From positions 2,046,001 to 2,110,000 of the forward strand of contig OX597815.1 of NCBI GenBank assembly GCA_951406725.2: a stretch of 64,000 bases of DNA. The letters run 5' to 3'. Origin of the DNA: Octopus vulgaris (lineage: Eukaryota). A model generated the notes under the pieces. It was not told the DNA's origin and searched no databases. It saw only the letters and a list, made by a program, of their open reading frames with translations. Shown piece after piece: positions 13,100 to 28,167 of this stretch (positions are counted from its first letter, which is position 1; each line of letters starts with the position of its first letter). The translations under genes and the position numbers were made by a program.

Positions 13100-13582
13100 C
13101 CCTGATGCACTACCAGGCAGTGGCTCTCATGGCGTCTGATCTCAACTGACTGGAAGTGTTATCATGTAAAAGATGGGCTACAGCAAATATTCTGCTCAAT
13201 ATCACAGATTTACTTGTCAGTTGTTTGACCGTAACCAGATGATATGTGCATCTCTGACCACGAGCAGAAGTAGTTGGGGAGCATCATAGCCATGTGTTGA
13301 GAGGGATTCTTTGGGGTTTGGATAATTCACCTTTAGAAACGGGTGTTTTGTTCAACATCCTTAAACGACCCTTATTCAGGGATCTTTTGAGCGGGATGGG
13401 CTATTTGACCTGAAGAAAATCCTAACTGGGCCCCACCTGGAAGGTCATGCGCTGTTAATCTTGATATGAAATCACTATGTCACGCACATATGGCTGTGAT
13501 GCACGTTCCTGGTGTACCCTTATCAGACGTACCCTTATTTTACACCAGTGTCACTTTGATGGCATGCTCTGCTCTCTCTCAC
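13099..13582. mobile_element. Non-coding ~480-bp element embedded between two (TAA)n arrays
   Basis: Complex sequence with sharp junctions aataat|gccctg and ctcac|aataat; no recognisable ORF. Confidence 0.5.
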
Positions 13583-13643
13583 AATAATAATAATAATAGT
13601 AATAATAATGATGATGATAATAATAGTAATAATAATGATGATG

Positions 13644-13723
<80 letters not shown>

Positions 13724-13724
<1 letters not shown>

Positions 13725-14194
13725 GGAATCCATGAACTAGATAAGACACAGCACACACAAATGAAAGAGAAAATAAAGAAAGAATACTATAGACGAGTTA
13801 GATCAATACTATAAACAGAGCTCAATGCTAAAAACAAGATAATAGGTATTAACACTTTAGCCGTCCCAGTTATAAGTTACAGCTACAATATCCTTAACTG
13901 GACACTAAATGAACTGACCAAAATAGACAAGAAAACAAGAAAAATAATGACAGGATCTATGATGCATCACCCAAAATCTGACATAGAAAGGCTATATATA
14001 CAACGTATAGAAGGTGGCAGAGGTCTTTTACAGCTGGAAAACTATTATAAAATAACCACCATAGGACTGCAAAAGTATCTACTTCAAAAGGAAGGAAAAC
14101 TGATACAAATAGCGGGAAGACACGAGCAAAACAAAAAATTGTTCTCAGTATTTAAGGAAGCTGACAAATCATACCACCTAACAAATATGAAGAA

Positions 14195-14241
<47 letters not shown>

Positions 14242-15200
14242 AGAAGAAGAAGAAGAAGAAGAAGAAGAAGAAGAAGAAGAAGAAGAAGAAGAAGAAGAAG
14301 AAACAACAAAAGCTATAAAGCAAAGGAAATCTAAACTAAAACTAGAACAGCAACGGACCTTGATAAAACGATGGCAAGAAAAGCCCCTTCATAGCAAATA
14401 CTGGACTAAATTAAGTGTGGTTGAGAAGCTCAGGACTCAAAGCAGAGACAGAGGGATTTTTAATTGCAGCACAAGACCAAAGCCTCCCCACCAGAATTTA
14501 CCAAAAACATATAATGAAAAGAAATATAACAAGTAACTGCAGAATATGTGGAGATGGACAAGAAACAATAAATCATATTATCTCTGGCTGCCCAGTCCTG
14601 GCTAAGAAGAAATATACTCACAGACACGACAGAGTTGGGACCTTCATACAGTGGAAGCTATGCCAATATTATGGAATAACAACAGAAAAAAAATGGTATA
14701 GGCACACACCAGAAAAGGTCACAGAAAACGAGAAAGCAACCATACTCTGGGATATGCCGATACACACAGATAGAGAAATTAAGGCCAACAGACCAGATAT
14801 AGTTGTCAGAGATCATGAAAACAAATGCTTTCTAATTGATGTATCGATACAAGCAGATGACAACGTGTCTCTAAAAGAAATGGAGAAACTTTCAAAATAC
14901 AAAGACCTGGAAATAAAGGTAACCCAAATGTGGAATCTTAAAACAGAAACAATTCCTATCATAGTAGGTGCATTAGGCATGATAAAAAATATTCAGACAA
15001 ATACATAACAAAAACACCAGGACTTACAAACACATATAACATACAGAAAATTGCACTACTGGGCACTGCACACATCCTACGCAAAACACTTTCAATACAG
15101 TAACTATCAGAGCATCACAACAAATCACAGCACATACCCAAGGCACACAGAGCTGCGCTCGGTAGTGAAGTGAAAGCATACTATAAAAATAAAACTACTG
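13724..15200 (+). mobile_element. R4/Dong-type non-LTR retrotransposon, 5'-truncated, second subfamily
   Basis: HHPKSDIERLY..GGRGL, AAQDQSL, zinc finger CRICGDGQETINHIISGC, RHD, RPDIVV; (TAA)n on both sides; internal (GAA)n at 14189-14301. Confidence 0.92.
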
Positions 15201-15292
15201 AATAATAATGATAATAATTGAGGCCTTTGACGCGTTGCTGTCCGCTGTTACAAAGTTAATTGGAGCAAGTAAAATCGAGATATATGAGAAGT

Positions 15293-15685
15293 TGTGGAGG
15301 CGCAATGGCCCAGTGGTTAGGGCAGCGGACTCGCGGTCATAGGATCGCGGTTTCGATTCCCAGACTGGGCGTTGTGAGTGTTTAATGAGCGAAAACACCT
15401 AAAAAAGCTCCACGAGGCTCCGGCAGGGGATGGTGATGATCCCTGCAGTACTCTTTCACCACAACTTTCTCTCACTCTTACTTCCTGTTTCTGTTGTACC
15501 TGTATTTCAAGGGGCCGGCCTTGTCACTCTCTTGTGTCACGCTGAATATCCCCGAGAACTACGTTAAGGGTACACGTGTCTGTGGAGTGCTCAGCCACTT
15601 ACACGTTAACTTCACGAGCAGGCTGTTCCGTTGATTCGGATTAACCGGAACCCTCGTCGTCGTAACCGACGGAGTGCTTCCATCC
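15293..15685 (+). mobile_element. tRNA-derived SINE family A, full length
   Basis: A and B boxes; 11-bp TSD atatgagaagt at 15282-15292 and 15686-15696. Confidence 0.92.
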
Positions 15686-15724
15686 ATATGAGAAGTAAAA
15701 TGAAAATGATAATAATAATACTAA

Positions 15725-15789
<65 letters not shown>

Positions 15790-16084
15790 ATAAGAACTAA
15801 GAAGGTTGGAGAGAGTTTATTGTGATTGTAAACTTCTTTGTAATCAAGGAACTCGCAATAATGTTATCGTCGTTGAAGTTGGTAAGTTGTGATAGTCACG
15901 TGGGTTCTGAACTCGGATTGTTATTTATCAGTTTTCCCGCTTGAAACAACAGCCGCCATTTTAATCATCACCGTCCTTTCTTCGACATACAACTGTGACT
16001 GCTGTGCTTTACTTCCGCTAAGATGTCACGCATCTCTACAGAGATCACATCATGTCTATCATAAAACGAAACCACAAACACAGG

Positions 16085-16272
16085 AAGAAGAAAGAAGAAG
16101 AAAGAAGAAGAAGAAGAAGAAGAAGAAGAAGAAGAAGAAGAAGAAGAAGAAGAAGAAGAAGAAGAAGAAGAAGAAGAAGAAGAAGAAGGAGGAGAAGAAG
16201 AAGAAGAAGAAGAAGAAGAAGAAGAAGAAGAAGAAGAAGAAGAAGAAGAAGAAGAAGAAGAAGAAAGAAAGA
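16085..16272. repeat. (GAA)n
   Basis: Direct reading. Confidence 0.98.
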
Positions 16273-16619
16273 AATGAATGAAAGAATTATTCCTGTAACT
16301 TCTTCCAACGTCACGAACTGATGAAGAATCGATCATTTCAGGGTTTGGTGGTGAAGATTCGATAACAATTGATATATTTAAATCGAACTTTCACTATTTG
16401 ACCTCTAACCTTTCTTGTCGGAACTAACTCAAGTTGTTCGTTGAAGAAAAAAACCAAAGTTTGAACTATTAAATAGACTATTTTTGATATAGGTGTGTGT
16501 GCATGCGTGTATGTGTGTAAGTGTGTGTGTATCCGTGTAAGTGTATGCATGTGTGTGTGTGTGTGTGATCACATTGCGAATTGCTATTTAAGATGCACAG
16601 CTACTTTAATACGTTGTAA

Positions 16620-17015
16620 TCTTTATATATAAAAGTGAGGTTGTGTGCTGTCTGTCTCCTACGATTTAGATTCCTAACTACTCCCACATTTTGCGGTGCA
16701 GTTTAACCAAATCCGGGTATCTTATAGTCGTGATTCATATTGAGCCCTTCTGGGTATTAGCGCGCGTCTACGATGAGTCTACGATTTAAAAAAAAATTAC
16801 CATCAAATTTTCCCATTTTTAATGCATTTTTGGCATATATAAGGGAAGTAACTCTCTAAAAATTTATTATTAAATCTCAGAACGTAAAAAGCTACAGTAA
16901 CAACCCCCCCTTTGTGGTTAGCCATATTGAGATGGCTATTATACTTTACATCTCTAAAAATGCTTATATAGTTATTTCCCTTACAAATCCGAGCAACGCC
17001 GGGCGATACTGCTAG
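16620..17015 (+). mobile_element. Non-autonomous Helitron, complete
   Basis: A|TCTTTATATATAAA 5' end; subterminal hairpin ccgagcaacgccggg; CTAG|T 3' end; no TSD. Confidence 0.88.
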
Positions 17016-17519
17016 TACAATATATTTCCCATGACCACCACTCTTCATCCTTTCAGTACTTTATGAAACGGAAAACAAACATTGTTCTCCATGCTGGTCT
17101 TTCAATGTCCTTTGGCGGAGGTTGTATGGCGAAGTGTGCTCATACGACAACTTGTAAAGCATCCGGTTTCTAACCTGCTCATTGGACAACAGGGCATTCG
17201 TCTTCTTGGATCATGATAGGCAATGGATTTGAGTGGAATCTTCTTTATATCTCAGTGATTTCACGAGGACATTGCTCACCCAGGCATGAAGCCATCCTCA
17301 TTAGACAGACAACCCCCACTTCGCGCCTCTATCTTCTAGCATTGAATGACAACAATCCGTGCTTGTTCTTGGGAATTGTAAAGTAGCGAAGTGGTTTTCC
17401 GTTGCCTTCACCGCAGCGTGACTGCTGCATCTAGGTTTACCGGAACGCTTGTCACTTGATCGAAATCTTCCTTTGTCCATCACTCAAAGATCATCTACCG
17501 AGACTCTTATACTGCACGG

Positions 17520-17636
17520 CTCACAAAAGACGCAAGATGAGTGAAGGAGGAGGTCGAAAGACGAATAGTGCTGGCAAAATCTGCATTCTCAAAATTATAT
17601 AACAACTTGAGAAACCCTACGCTGAGCATCAAGACT
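17520..17636 (+). mobile_element. RTE-clade LINE fragment (post-RT region)
   Basis: EEVERRIVLAKSAFSKLYNNLRN, same family as 56720-56800 on the minus strand. Confidence 0.7.
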
Positions 17637-17809
17637 GTTCACCTAATTTACTGTGAAGGGCCTAGAAAACATGTCGCCCATATTGCCAGTCAGATAAGTT
17701 AGCCAGTGCAGCAGGAACAACAATTGCAAAAACAAGTGAAGGGAACACCTCACGGAAGTGCTGATGGAGTGTGGGTCCCGGCTGAGCCCTGTATTGCTGC
17801 GTTTCATTG

Positions 17810-17965
17810 ATACAAGATCTCCATTACTGCACTTTGTAAGATTCGATTGTCTGAGGAAGGTCAGCTCAGTGAAAAGGCGCGCGGCCATTGCACTTTTGGG
17901 GTTGCAAAGCGGCAGATGTATAAGAGAGATGTGGTGTTGGCTTTGTGATTAAGCAAGAACGTGGC
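17810..17965 (+). mobile_element. RTE-clade AP-endonuclease fragment
   Basis: ITALCKIRLSEEGQLSEK...GVGFVIK resembles IAALSETRL.EEGQL.E...GVGF.IK. Confidence 0.55.
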
Positions 17966-18158
17966 CAATAAGTTTCAGGAGATGCCATCCAAGATGGGTG
18001 ATCCGACTATTATCAAACTCTGCTTGCCGTTATTTTGCAAATGTCGTAACTTTCTCTCTGCACCAAATCTTCTCTTCTTTTTTTATTCCTTTCCTACGAG
18101 AATCATAGCAAAGCCAGTGTCTCTACACTGACTGGCAACGAAATCTTTATGTCTAGAC

Positions 18159-18694
18159 CAAGGGTCGCCAAACTCTTTCGACCATCGACCCTCTTTAGCC
18201 ATTTCTCTGTCCGCATCGACCCCCTTTAGCCACTTCTCTTCCGCATCGACCACTCTCCTCATTTAAAATATCTTAATACCCTACCCTATCGTACCATGTC
18301 TTAAATGCGTACCGGGTATTGATGCTGGCAATTAAAACGTTGGCTAAAACATACACGTTCCGACAAATTAAGAAAATCTTTTGAAGATGACACACTTTTT
18401 ACATTCAAAACTACGTGTCCGAGTATACCGTATTAAACTTCCAATTTTTATGAAATTGTTTTCACAGTTAAAAAAATGTGGAAAAAACATCTTATTGCTG
18501 GAATGTCTTTTATTGAAGTTGACAACATAAATGGGAGGGATGGGCATGGCGCTGACTAAGTATTTTAAGCAGTGCATCTGGGTGAGCTGGTCTTTCGCAC
18601 GCCAACCCTCATTCGAGCCCTTGGCTATCATCGACCCCCTGTAATTCCTCGCCGACCCCTAGGGGTTCCCACGGACCTCCTTTGGCGACCCCTG
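18159..18694. mobile_element. hAT (Charlie-like) non-autonomous element
   Basis: TIRs caagggtcgccaaa / tttggcgacccctg; 8-bp TSD gtctagac / gtgtagac; subterminal atcgaccc repeats. Confidence 0.85.
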
Positions 18695-18894
18695 GTGTAG
18701 ACCAAGTCATGATAGAAATAAGTGGAACACTTAGGAATAGGTGAAAACCAACAGTAGTGCTGCCCTCTGCCTGTCACAGCTTTATTCGCAACTGGCGCTT
18801 CTAACAGAAAAAACTCTCTCTTTCACTCACGTAAAACACTGGCTTCAAAACCCCAAAATTGACTCAGACACACACACACACTCTTTCCAGCATT

Positions 18895-19995
<1,101 letters not shown>

Positions 19996-20113
19996 CAGTC
20001 AATCATACACGCGCACACACATACGTATAATGTGTGTGTGTGTGTGTGTGTGTGTGTATGCGTATGGGGAGGGAAAGCGGGATAGCTAGCAAGATAGATA
20101 GATAGATAGAGAA

Positions 20114-20146
<33 letters not shown>

Positions 20147-20339
20147 CAGAAAGAGAGGGAGAGAGAGAGGGAGAGAGAGAGAGAGGGGGGGAGAAGAAGC
20201 GAGACGGGGAAGTCCTTAGCTTTCTTCTGTTTTTACATCAAAGTCAAATCAGTTGTGAAGAGGAAGGGGAGGGGAGTTGATTGGGATTTTGTGTGGCCGA
20301 GTAATGGAAAATAAACAAACTCGATCACGCCGATACCAC

Positions 20340-20385
20340 TACAACTACAACAGCAACAACAACAGCCGCTACTACTACTCCCACC

Positions 20386-20441
<56 letters not shown>

Positions 20442-20445
20442 AACA

Positions 20446-20532
<87 letters not shown>

Positions 20533-20536
20533 ACTA
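20340..20536. repeat. Compound (CAA)/(CTA)/(CTG)n
   Basis: Direct reading. Confidence 0.95.
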
Positions 20537-20699
20537 GATTAAAGAATGAAAATCTATGTTCTTATATACCCAGGTTGAGTCGAAAGTATTTTTCGTATTT
20601 CAAGCTTTAATTAACGGTTCATCTAAGTTACATACGAAAACATATCTCACAATATTCTCTTGTCTGCTGCCATTGTTGTGCCAGAAGCCCAATTCCAGG

Positions 20700-20960
20700 C
20701 TTAACCATTTGGATGGTTTAGAGGCAAAAAAAAATCAGAAAAAAAAAATCCTTGCACCCATTTTCAACTTCATCCACAATGTCGAACTTCCGTTCGTCCA
20801 AAAAATGAGTCGTGGCTCAGAAAAAGCCCAAGGTCTGGATTTTTCGGCAGAGTGAGGCAGAACTTCCAGTTCCCGAAATTTGTGTTTCGCAACATTGGCA
20901 GTGAGTTCTAGGGCATTATCATGCTGTAGCTGTGCCCGTCTTTAATTGGGAAACGACAAG
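20700..20960 (-). mobile_element. Possible heavily decayed mariner fragment
   Basis: Minus-strand LQHDNA and LEVLPHS at the expected spacing. Confidence 0.4.
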
Positions 20961-21329
20961 TAGCGGACTTTCAAAGCATCAATACTCTCGGCAGTTGTTG
21001 AACTTAAAGGTTAGAGTTCAGGGCATGACCATCTGGGCCAAGCAGTTTTGTATGTAAGCTGCTGAAAATGACATCACTTTGGGTATGCATTCTCACACTG
21101 AGTGAAATAACTGTAGGATCTAACGAAGGACTTACTTAAACAATCACCTGAGGATGCATGACACCTTGGATGCATGACAATGATTACACAACATCTCACC
21201 AATGTACTACGGGTGTAGAAATGCATCGAAACAATTGTAGTGAGCTTAAATAAAAAATGACGTTTTTTCTATTTTCTATCCTTTATTTATTTATATAAAC
21301 TCTACGGATGCTATGGAATTCCTGATGTA

Positions 21330-22373
21330 TTGGGCCATCCCATAAATAATGCGGTTTTTTCAATTACATGAACTAAAAGGCGACAACGCAACGGAAAGTG
21401 TGAGAAATATTAATGCTGTATATGGGGATCAGACAATAAGTGTGAGCCAGTGTCAACGGTGGTTCCAGAAATTCCGAGCCGGGAATCCAAGTGGAACAAA
21501 AATTCCCATAGTAACTTTTGAGGAACTAGCAGACTAGCAGATAAGCTTGGATTTGGTCATTCAACCATTCGTTGACACTTGAGTGTCATCGGAAAATTCA
21601 GCAAATTGGGTCAATGGGTTCCTCACAAACTTTCTGAGTCTAATCGTGCACAGAGAGTGAATGTGTGTTCTTCTTTGGTGTAACGTCTCTCGAATGAATC
21701 TTTTTTGGACCGAATATTGACTGGTGACGAGAAATGGGTTCTCTGTAAAAATGTCCATTGCCGAAGACAGTGGGTAGGGAAAGGAGAAATACGGTACCCC
21801 AGGCTAAAGAAAGTCTTCACCCACATAAAGTGTTGTTACCTGTTTGATAGGATGAGAAAGGTTTAGTCCACTTTGAACTTTTAAACCCAAATCAAACGAT
21901 AACAAAGGAGATCTACTGCAAGCAGCTTGAGCAGTTTAAGTCAGTGCTTGAAAAAAAAAATCCCAACCCTCTTTGGTTTCAAGACGAAAGGTGTTCTTCA
22001 TCAAGATAATGCTTGACCACATGCAGCAAGGATGACATTCCAAAGGCTGGAACAGTTTGAATGGGCAACGATGACCCACCCACCATATTCGCCGGGCATT
22101 GCCCCATCTGACTATCATTTCTTCCGTAGTCCTCAAAATAATTTGGACGGAAAATATATGAATTCTGTGGACGAGGTCAGAACAGTAGTGGAGGAGAATT
22201 TTTTGCCACGGACAAGTGAACTTTGGAAGAGGAGCCTTGCAAATCTACCGGACAAATGGAAGGCTATTTTAGAAAATGAAGGAAAGTATATTCTAGATTA
22301 AAAAAGAACTTTGTTTATCTTAATTTTGAAAAAGAAAATTATAAAAACCCACATTATTCATGGGTTAACCCAA
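21330..22373 (+). mobile_element. Mariner (DD34D) element with both TIRs, internally deleted, pseudogenised
   Basis: TA-ttgggccatcccataaataatgcgg / cccacattattcatgggttaacccaa-TA; WVPHKL, TGDEKW, HQDNA, HPPYSPGIAPSDYHFF. Confidence 0.95.
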
Positions 22374-22475
22374 TATATCCAGTACCAGGGGCATTTCCAT
22401 TGAATGATGACAGCTGCTAGCCAAAAACTGCGGACAAGCTTTGCATAACAATGTTTATACCCGAATCTTATTTAA

Positions 22476-22513
<38 letters not shown>

Positions 22514-22715
22514 TTTAGTGGTTTTGATTTTCTACCAGACAAGTACAACTAAGAAAACACACACACAGACACACAAAGGTTGTTTACTTCACTTAATCCC
22601 TTTGGTGTCAAAATGTTTGTCATTCTATCTGCATCCTGGTCTCTGATAAAGTTCCACTGCAACTTCTTTTCTAATAGGCTGTTGGCCAGTTTGATAGAGG
22701 CCTCAATTTTGTGTA

Positions 22716-23590
<875 letters not shown>

Positions 23591-24262
23591 ATACGTAAAA
23601 AGCGTACCATTTTCTTTTTCTCCTTTTTTTTGTTTTTAATTTTCCTCTTTTCCATGCCTTTTTTCTTTAAAATAATACGAAAACAAAATTTTTCGAAAAT
23701 AAAACTAATTTTATCCATCATTTAAATGCGAAACGGTCTTGTGAATTACCTTAGATGTGTGTGTGTATGTGTATGTGTATGTGTGTATGTTTGTGTGTGT
23801 GTGTGTGTGTGTATTGATGTATGTGTATGTTTGTATGCCTGCCTCTGCAAGAAAGGAAGTGTGTAAGCATATATGTATGTAGCTAACTGGCCGTTGCAAA
23901 GGGCTGATGCACTGAAGTTCCATTGAAGCCAAATTACAGGTAGGTAAATAGGCTGAGAAGTAGACGGACCTGATGGCCGAGACGGCGTGAACTCTTGTCG
24001 AGAGTTCGTCTCGCAGCATCTGTGAGCAGCTTGTGTCCAGTACGTGCTTCCATAGATTGCAGTGTTTACCTGGTTTATTTCGGGAGGCGGAATGGGCCGG
24101 GTCGGAGCGGATATTGTATTTTTATTTCTTTGGAGGAATATTGGGAAGCAAAGCGGTTAATGTGTGAGTGTATTCGCGACTCTGTGTGTGTGTGTGTGTG
24201 TGTGTGTGAGTGTGTGTGTGCGTGTGTGAATGAGTGAGAGAGAAAGAGAGAGCAAGAGAGAT

Positions 24263-24300
<38 letters not shown>

Positions 24301-24376
24301 AGAGAGAGAGAGAGAGATCACATACAGAAGATAGGTAAAGGTCGAATTACTGAAGAGAAACTACCACCACAACCAG

Positions 24377-24424
<48 letters not shown>

Positions 24425-24455
24425 CACCACCACTACCACTACTACTACTACTACT

Positions 24456-24534
<79 letters not shown>

Positions 24535-26004
24535 GTTGCACAGACACGCTAAAGCCACATAAAATGAAGATTGTTTCTTGTTTTCAATCTGCAAAATGTT
24601 TGTGAGTGGAAACAACTTCCATTTTATTTTATTTTATTTTATTTTGTTTTATTTTGTTTTATTTTATTTTATTTTATTTTGTTTTATTTTATTTTATTTT
24701 ATTTACCTATTTTCTTGCTATTTTTAAGTTATTTTCTTCTTCTTTTTATATATCTTCTTCTTCTGTCTTCTTTATCTATTTGGTCTATCTTCTTCTATCT
24801 TCTTAAGTTATTCTTCTTCTTCTTCTTCTTCTTCTTCTTCTTCTTCTTCTTCTTCTTCTTCTTCTTCTTCTTCTTCTTCTTCTTCTTCTTCTTCTTCCAT
24901 TTCTGAATCGTTTGAAACTTTTCCAAAGACAATCCACTCCACATGTAAAGTTTAGCGGCGACGCTTGACGCTTGGCAGGCGATCCGCATAGGAGGAGAAA
25001 GAAAGGGAGAGGGGCAGGAAGAGACAGAGATAAAGAAAAAGAAAAAGAAAAAGAAATGAAAGAAAGAGAAAGAAATATGAAAGAGAAAGAAAACAGTAAG
25101 CAAAGCTAACCAGAATTTCATCTCTAAAATGTCTGTCGGGCAAGAGAAAGCTGTTTTCATTAAATCACTTTTGTTGTGTTTACTTAACGAGATGGATGTC
25201 ACGATTACTAATTATAAATTTGGCGTTGATTGATATCAGTAAATAAATAGATATTCTTTTAATTATTATTTAGTTTCATGCTTTTAGCCTACCTCCAGAT
25301 AATGGCAATAAAGTAGTGTGTTGTTGTGCTGTGTAGCCAGGTCACTCTCGCTCGCGATACAACGTCTGCGGTGGCCATTGTAGTTTGGTCTGTTTAATCA
25401 GACGACGAAACAAATAAACAGGGGCGGGGGAATGAAAGACAAACTGCTTGATTACATTACACTTCTAGAGAGAGATTAGATTTAGCAATAGATTAACAAA
25501 TAATATCGATCAATAAATCACAGTTATTTGATTAAGAAAGATTAATGACGTTGTCGTTGTACTTGTTCCGGTCTGGCCTTCTGATCGGCTCTAATCCAAC
25601 GGATCTATAACCAAACATGTTCAAATTGTGAACATCTTTTTTTTTTTGGTGTTTTTAAAGACAGGACATCTGGGACACGATTATACAATGTGTTCCCCCG
25701 TAAGATCGAACTTCGGAATAGCTACTATTTCGTGCTGGTCGAGTGACCACTTAGCAGCCCGCTGTTTGCAAGCAAGAATTAACACTCTCGTTTCAGATCA
25801 GCACTGATTCAGCAGAGTTTGTCCTAGATGTGGCCATCATGCCTTTCTGTATATGAGGACTCACAGCAGTCCATGTGTCAATTCTTTTAACATTTTAACA
25901 AGATTTCGCTCATATTTTTAGCATGTCAAGCGGATGTGTGAAGGCGCCTTTTTTATCTTGATGATAGCAGTGAAGCTTCCGAAATACAAGGGGATGGTCT
26001 AACA

Positions 26005-26588
26005 TCATGGTCACCAACCATTTCGTTTTTACTTTGATTCGTATTTAACTCTGATGGATCCCGCTAACCATTCGAAATTTGACAATATTCTTATATTTTT
26101 ATAACCAAGTATTAGGAATTGTATAAAATAAATTGCTGAAACAGTCTTTGCACGTCCCCTGCTCAATTCAGGATCACAGCATATGGGTACACTGCAACAT
26201 AATTTCTTTTCCTCAACAGGCCCTGCCCTATTTAACATTCTCCCGAAGGAGATCAAAGAGGAAAAGGATCCCATCACCTTTAAACGGAGTCTGGACAGAT
26301 TTCTTCAAGGAATACCGGATAAGCCACCAATACCTGGATACAACTCACCCAACAAAAACTCACTACTTGAATGGACTATAAACAAAACTTGACTTAAACA
26401 GGATTTAGCTAATCCTATCAGGTGGTGCTATTAAGTTAGACATGGCCTCGACCAATCTTTGGTCGAAACATATCTAAGTTTATCTAAGTTTATGTATTGT
26501 TGAAACTTAACCAATTTATTGCACATAGATTTTAACAAAATCTTAAATGGATCGCCAAGGGTCATAGAGGCCCGGTTGAGAACCATTG
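26005..26588. mobile_element. Possible hAT-type MITE interrupted by a LINE fragment
   Basis: Imperfect TIRs catggtcaccaacc / ggttgagaaccattg; tcta-containing flanks. Confidence 0.4.
26143..26495 (+). mobile_element. CR1/L2-group LINE 3' end
   Basis: GPALFNILPKEIK...FKRSLDRFLQGIPDKP..PGY..NSL*; short UTR; (tatctaagtt)2 tail; probable TSD attgctgaaac / attgttgaaac. Confidence 0.8.
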
Positions 26589-26866
26589 ATCTAGCGCTTC
26601 CTGATATTCCTGGAAGACAGTAGACAAAGATTGAAAATATTTCAATTGATTTTTGAAAAAAGAAAGAGAGAGAGAGAGAAAAACTACGAAACAAAACAAC
26701 CACAAAACCCCATTTAGTTGAAGCTTTATTATAAACATTACCCCCACCACAGGTATTTATAAAATATTGTTGTGAATATATCCTCCGGTAAATATTCTAT
26801 CGCTCTCTGTTCTCGAATCGCTATGTTATAAATGTTACATGGAAACAACTTGATACCAATAAACAC

Positions 26867-27172
26867 AACTGGCACTATGCCGGTTACGATGAAAGGAACA
26901 GCCTGCTCGCGAAATTAACGGGCAAGTGGCTGAGTACTCCACAGACACGTGTACCCTTAACGTAGATCTCAAGGAGATTCAGTGTGACATAGAATGTGTC
27001 AAGAGTGGTTCCCCTTTGAATTACACGTACAACTCATTTTTGCCAGTTGAGTGGAGTGGAGCAACGTGAAATAAAGTGTCTTGCTCAAGGACACAACGCG
27101 CCGTCGGGAATCGAACTCACGACCTTACAATTGTAAGCCGAATTTCATAACAGCTTAGCCTCGCACCTTCAC
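26867..27172 (-). mobile_element. SINE with family A 3' body and a different head/centre
   Basis: aacagcctgctcg..gtggctgag..cacgtgtacccttaacg shared with family A; gtgtcttgctcaaggacac module shared with family D. Confidence 0.75.
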
Positions 27173-27669
27173 GCAACTGATAAGCACAATCATATACACA
27201 CATGTACACACACTCATACACTTATATCCATGGGGCTTCTGCATCGTTTCCGTCGAATGATTCCCACTTCCGAGACAGTGGAAGATATTTATTCAAGGCG
27301 ATACGCTGCAGGATCGAACTCAGGTCAATATTGTGGTGAAATCTTAACCCCACCCCAAAAGCCCTATCTGGAAATTCAGAAGCTCACCTTTAGGCGTAAG
27401 TTTACTCGTAGATATTTCTGTAAATAAATATTTGTTTCAAATTTTGGTACATGGGATGGAGGGGTGAGTCGATTACATTGACATCCGACCCAGTACATGA
27501 GTGGTTCTTATTTTATCCACTCAGAATTTGAACACAGAACGTAAAGACGGACGGAATGCCGTGCTCAGCATTCTGCCAAGTCGCCGCTTTGTCTAAATAA
27601 CAAATATTGAAATTACCATAAATGATTAATTATTATGAATATTCAATTATTACCGATTTTTAAAATCTT

Positions 27670-27870
27670 TCACCTCTTTAGTCATTGGACTGCGGCCAAG
27701 CTGGGGCACCTCGTTGAAGGGTTTAGTCGAACAAATCGACCCCCAGGGCTTGGTATTAATTCTATCGGTTTTCGTATTTGCGGAATCGCTAAGTTACGTG
27801 GAAGGGATTTAACCAACACGGCTTGTCAAGCGGTGGTAGTGGTGGTGTGGGACAAAGGCGAAGACACAAA
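27670..27870 (-). mobile_element. SINE family B 3' half, diverged
   Basis: gtcattggactgcggccaagctggggcacc. Confidence 0.65.
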
Positions 27871-27947
<77 letters not shown>

Positions 27948-28167
27948 ATATCCGAATCAATATCTAAACATTTAATCAGCGTATTAAAAACATTGGACGA
28001 GTGACACTGAAGTGAGTGAATCTCATAAAATGTTTGCGGACGAGAAGTTCAAACCGAGATCTTATAAAGGAAACGGAGAGAAGCGCTTTGCTTACGGTCG
28101 TCTTTAAATGTGTCTGTGTGAGAGGAGGTGGCCACCAAGTTGCCTCGTTGTCAGTAGTTTAACTCCT

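Noticed and set aside
17040-17480. Possible RTE C-terminal remnant on the minus strand
   Set aside because: Only short words (LRYKE, RPAWR) match; too weak to call
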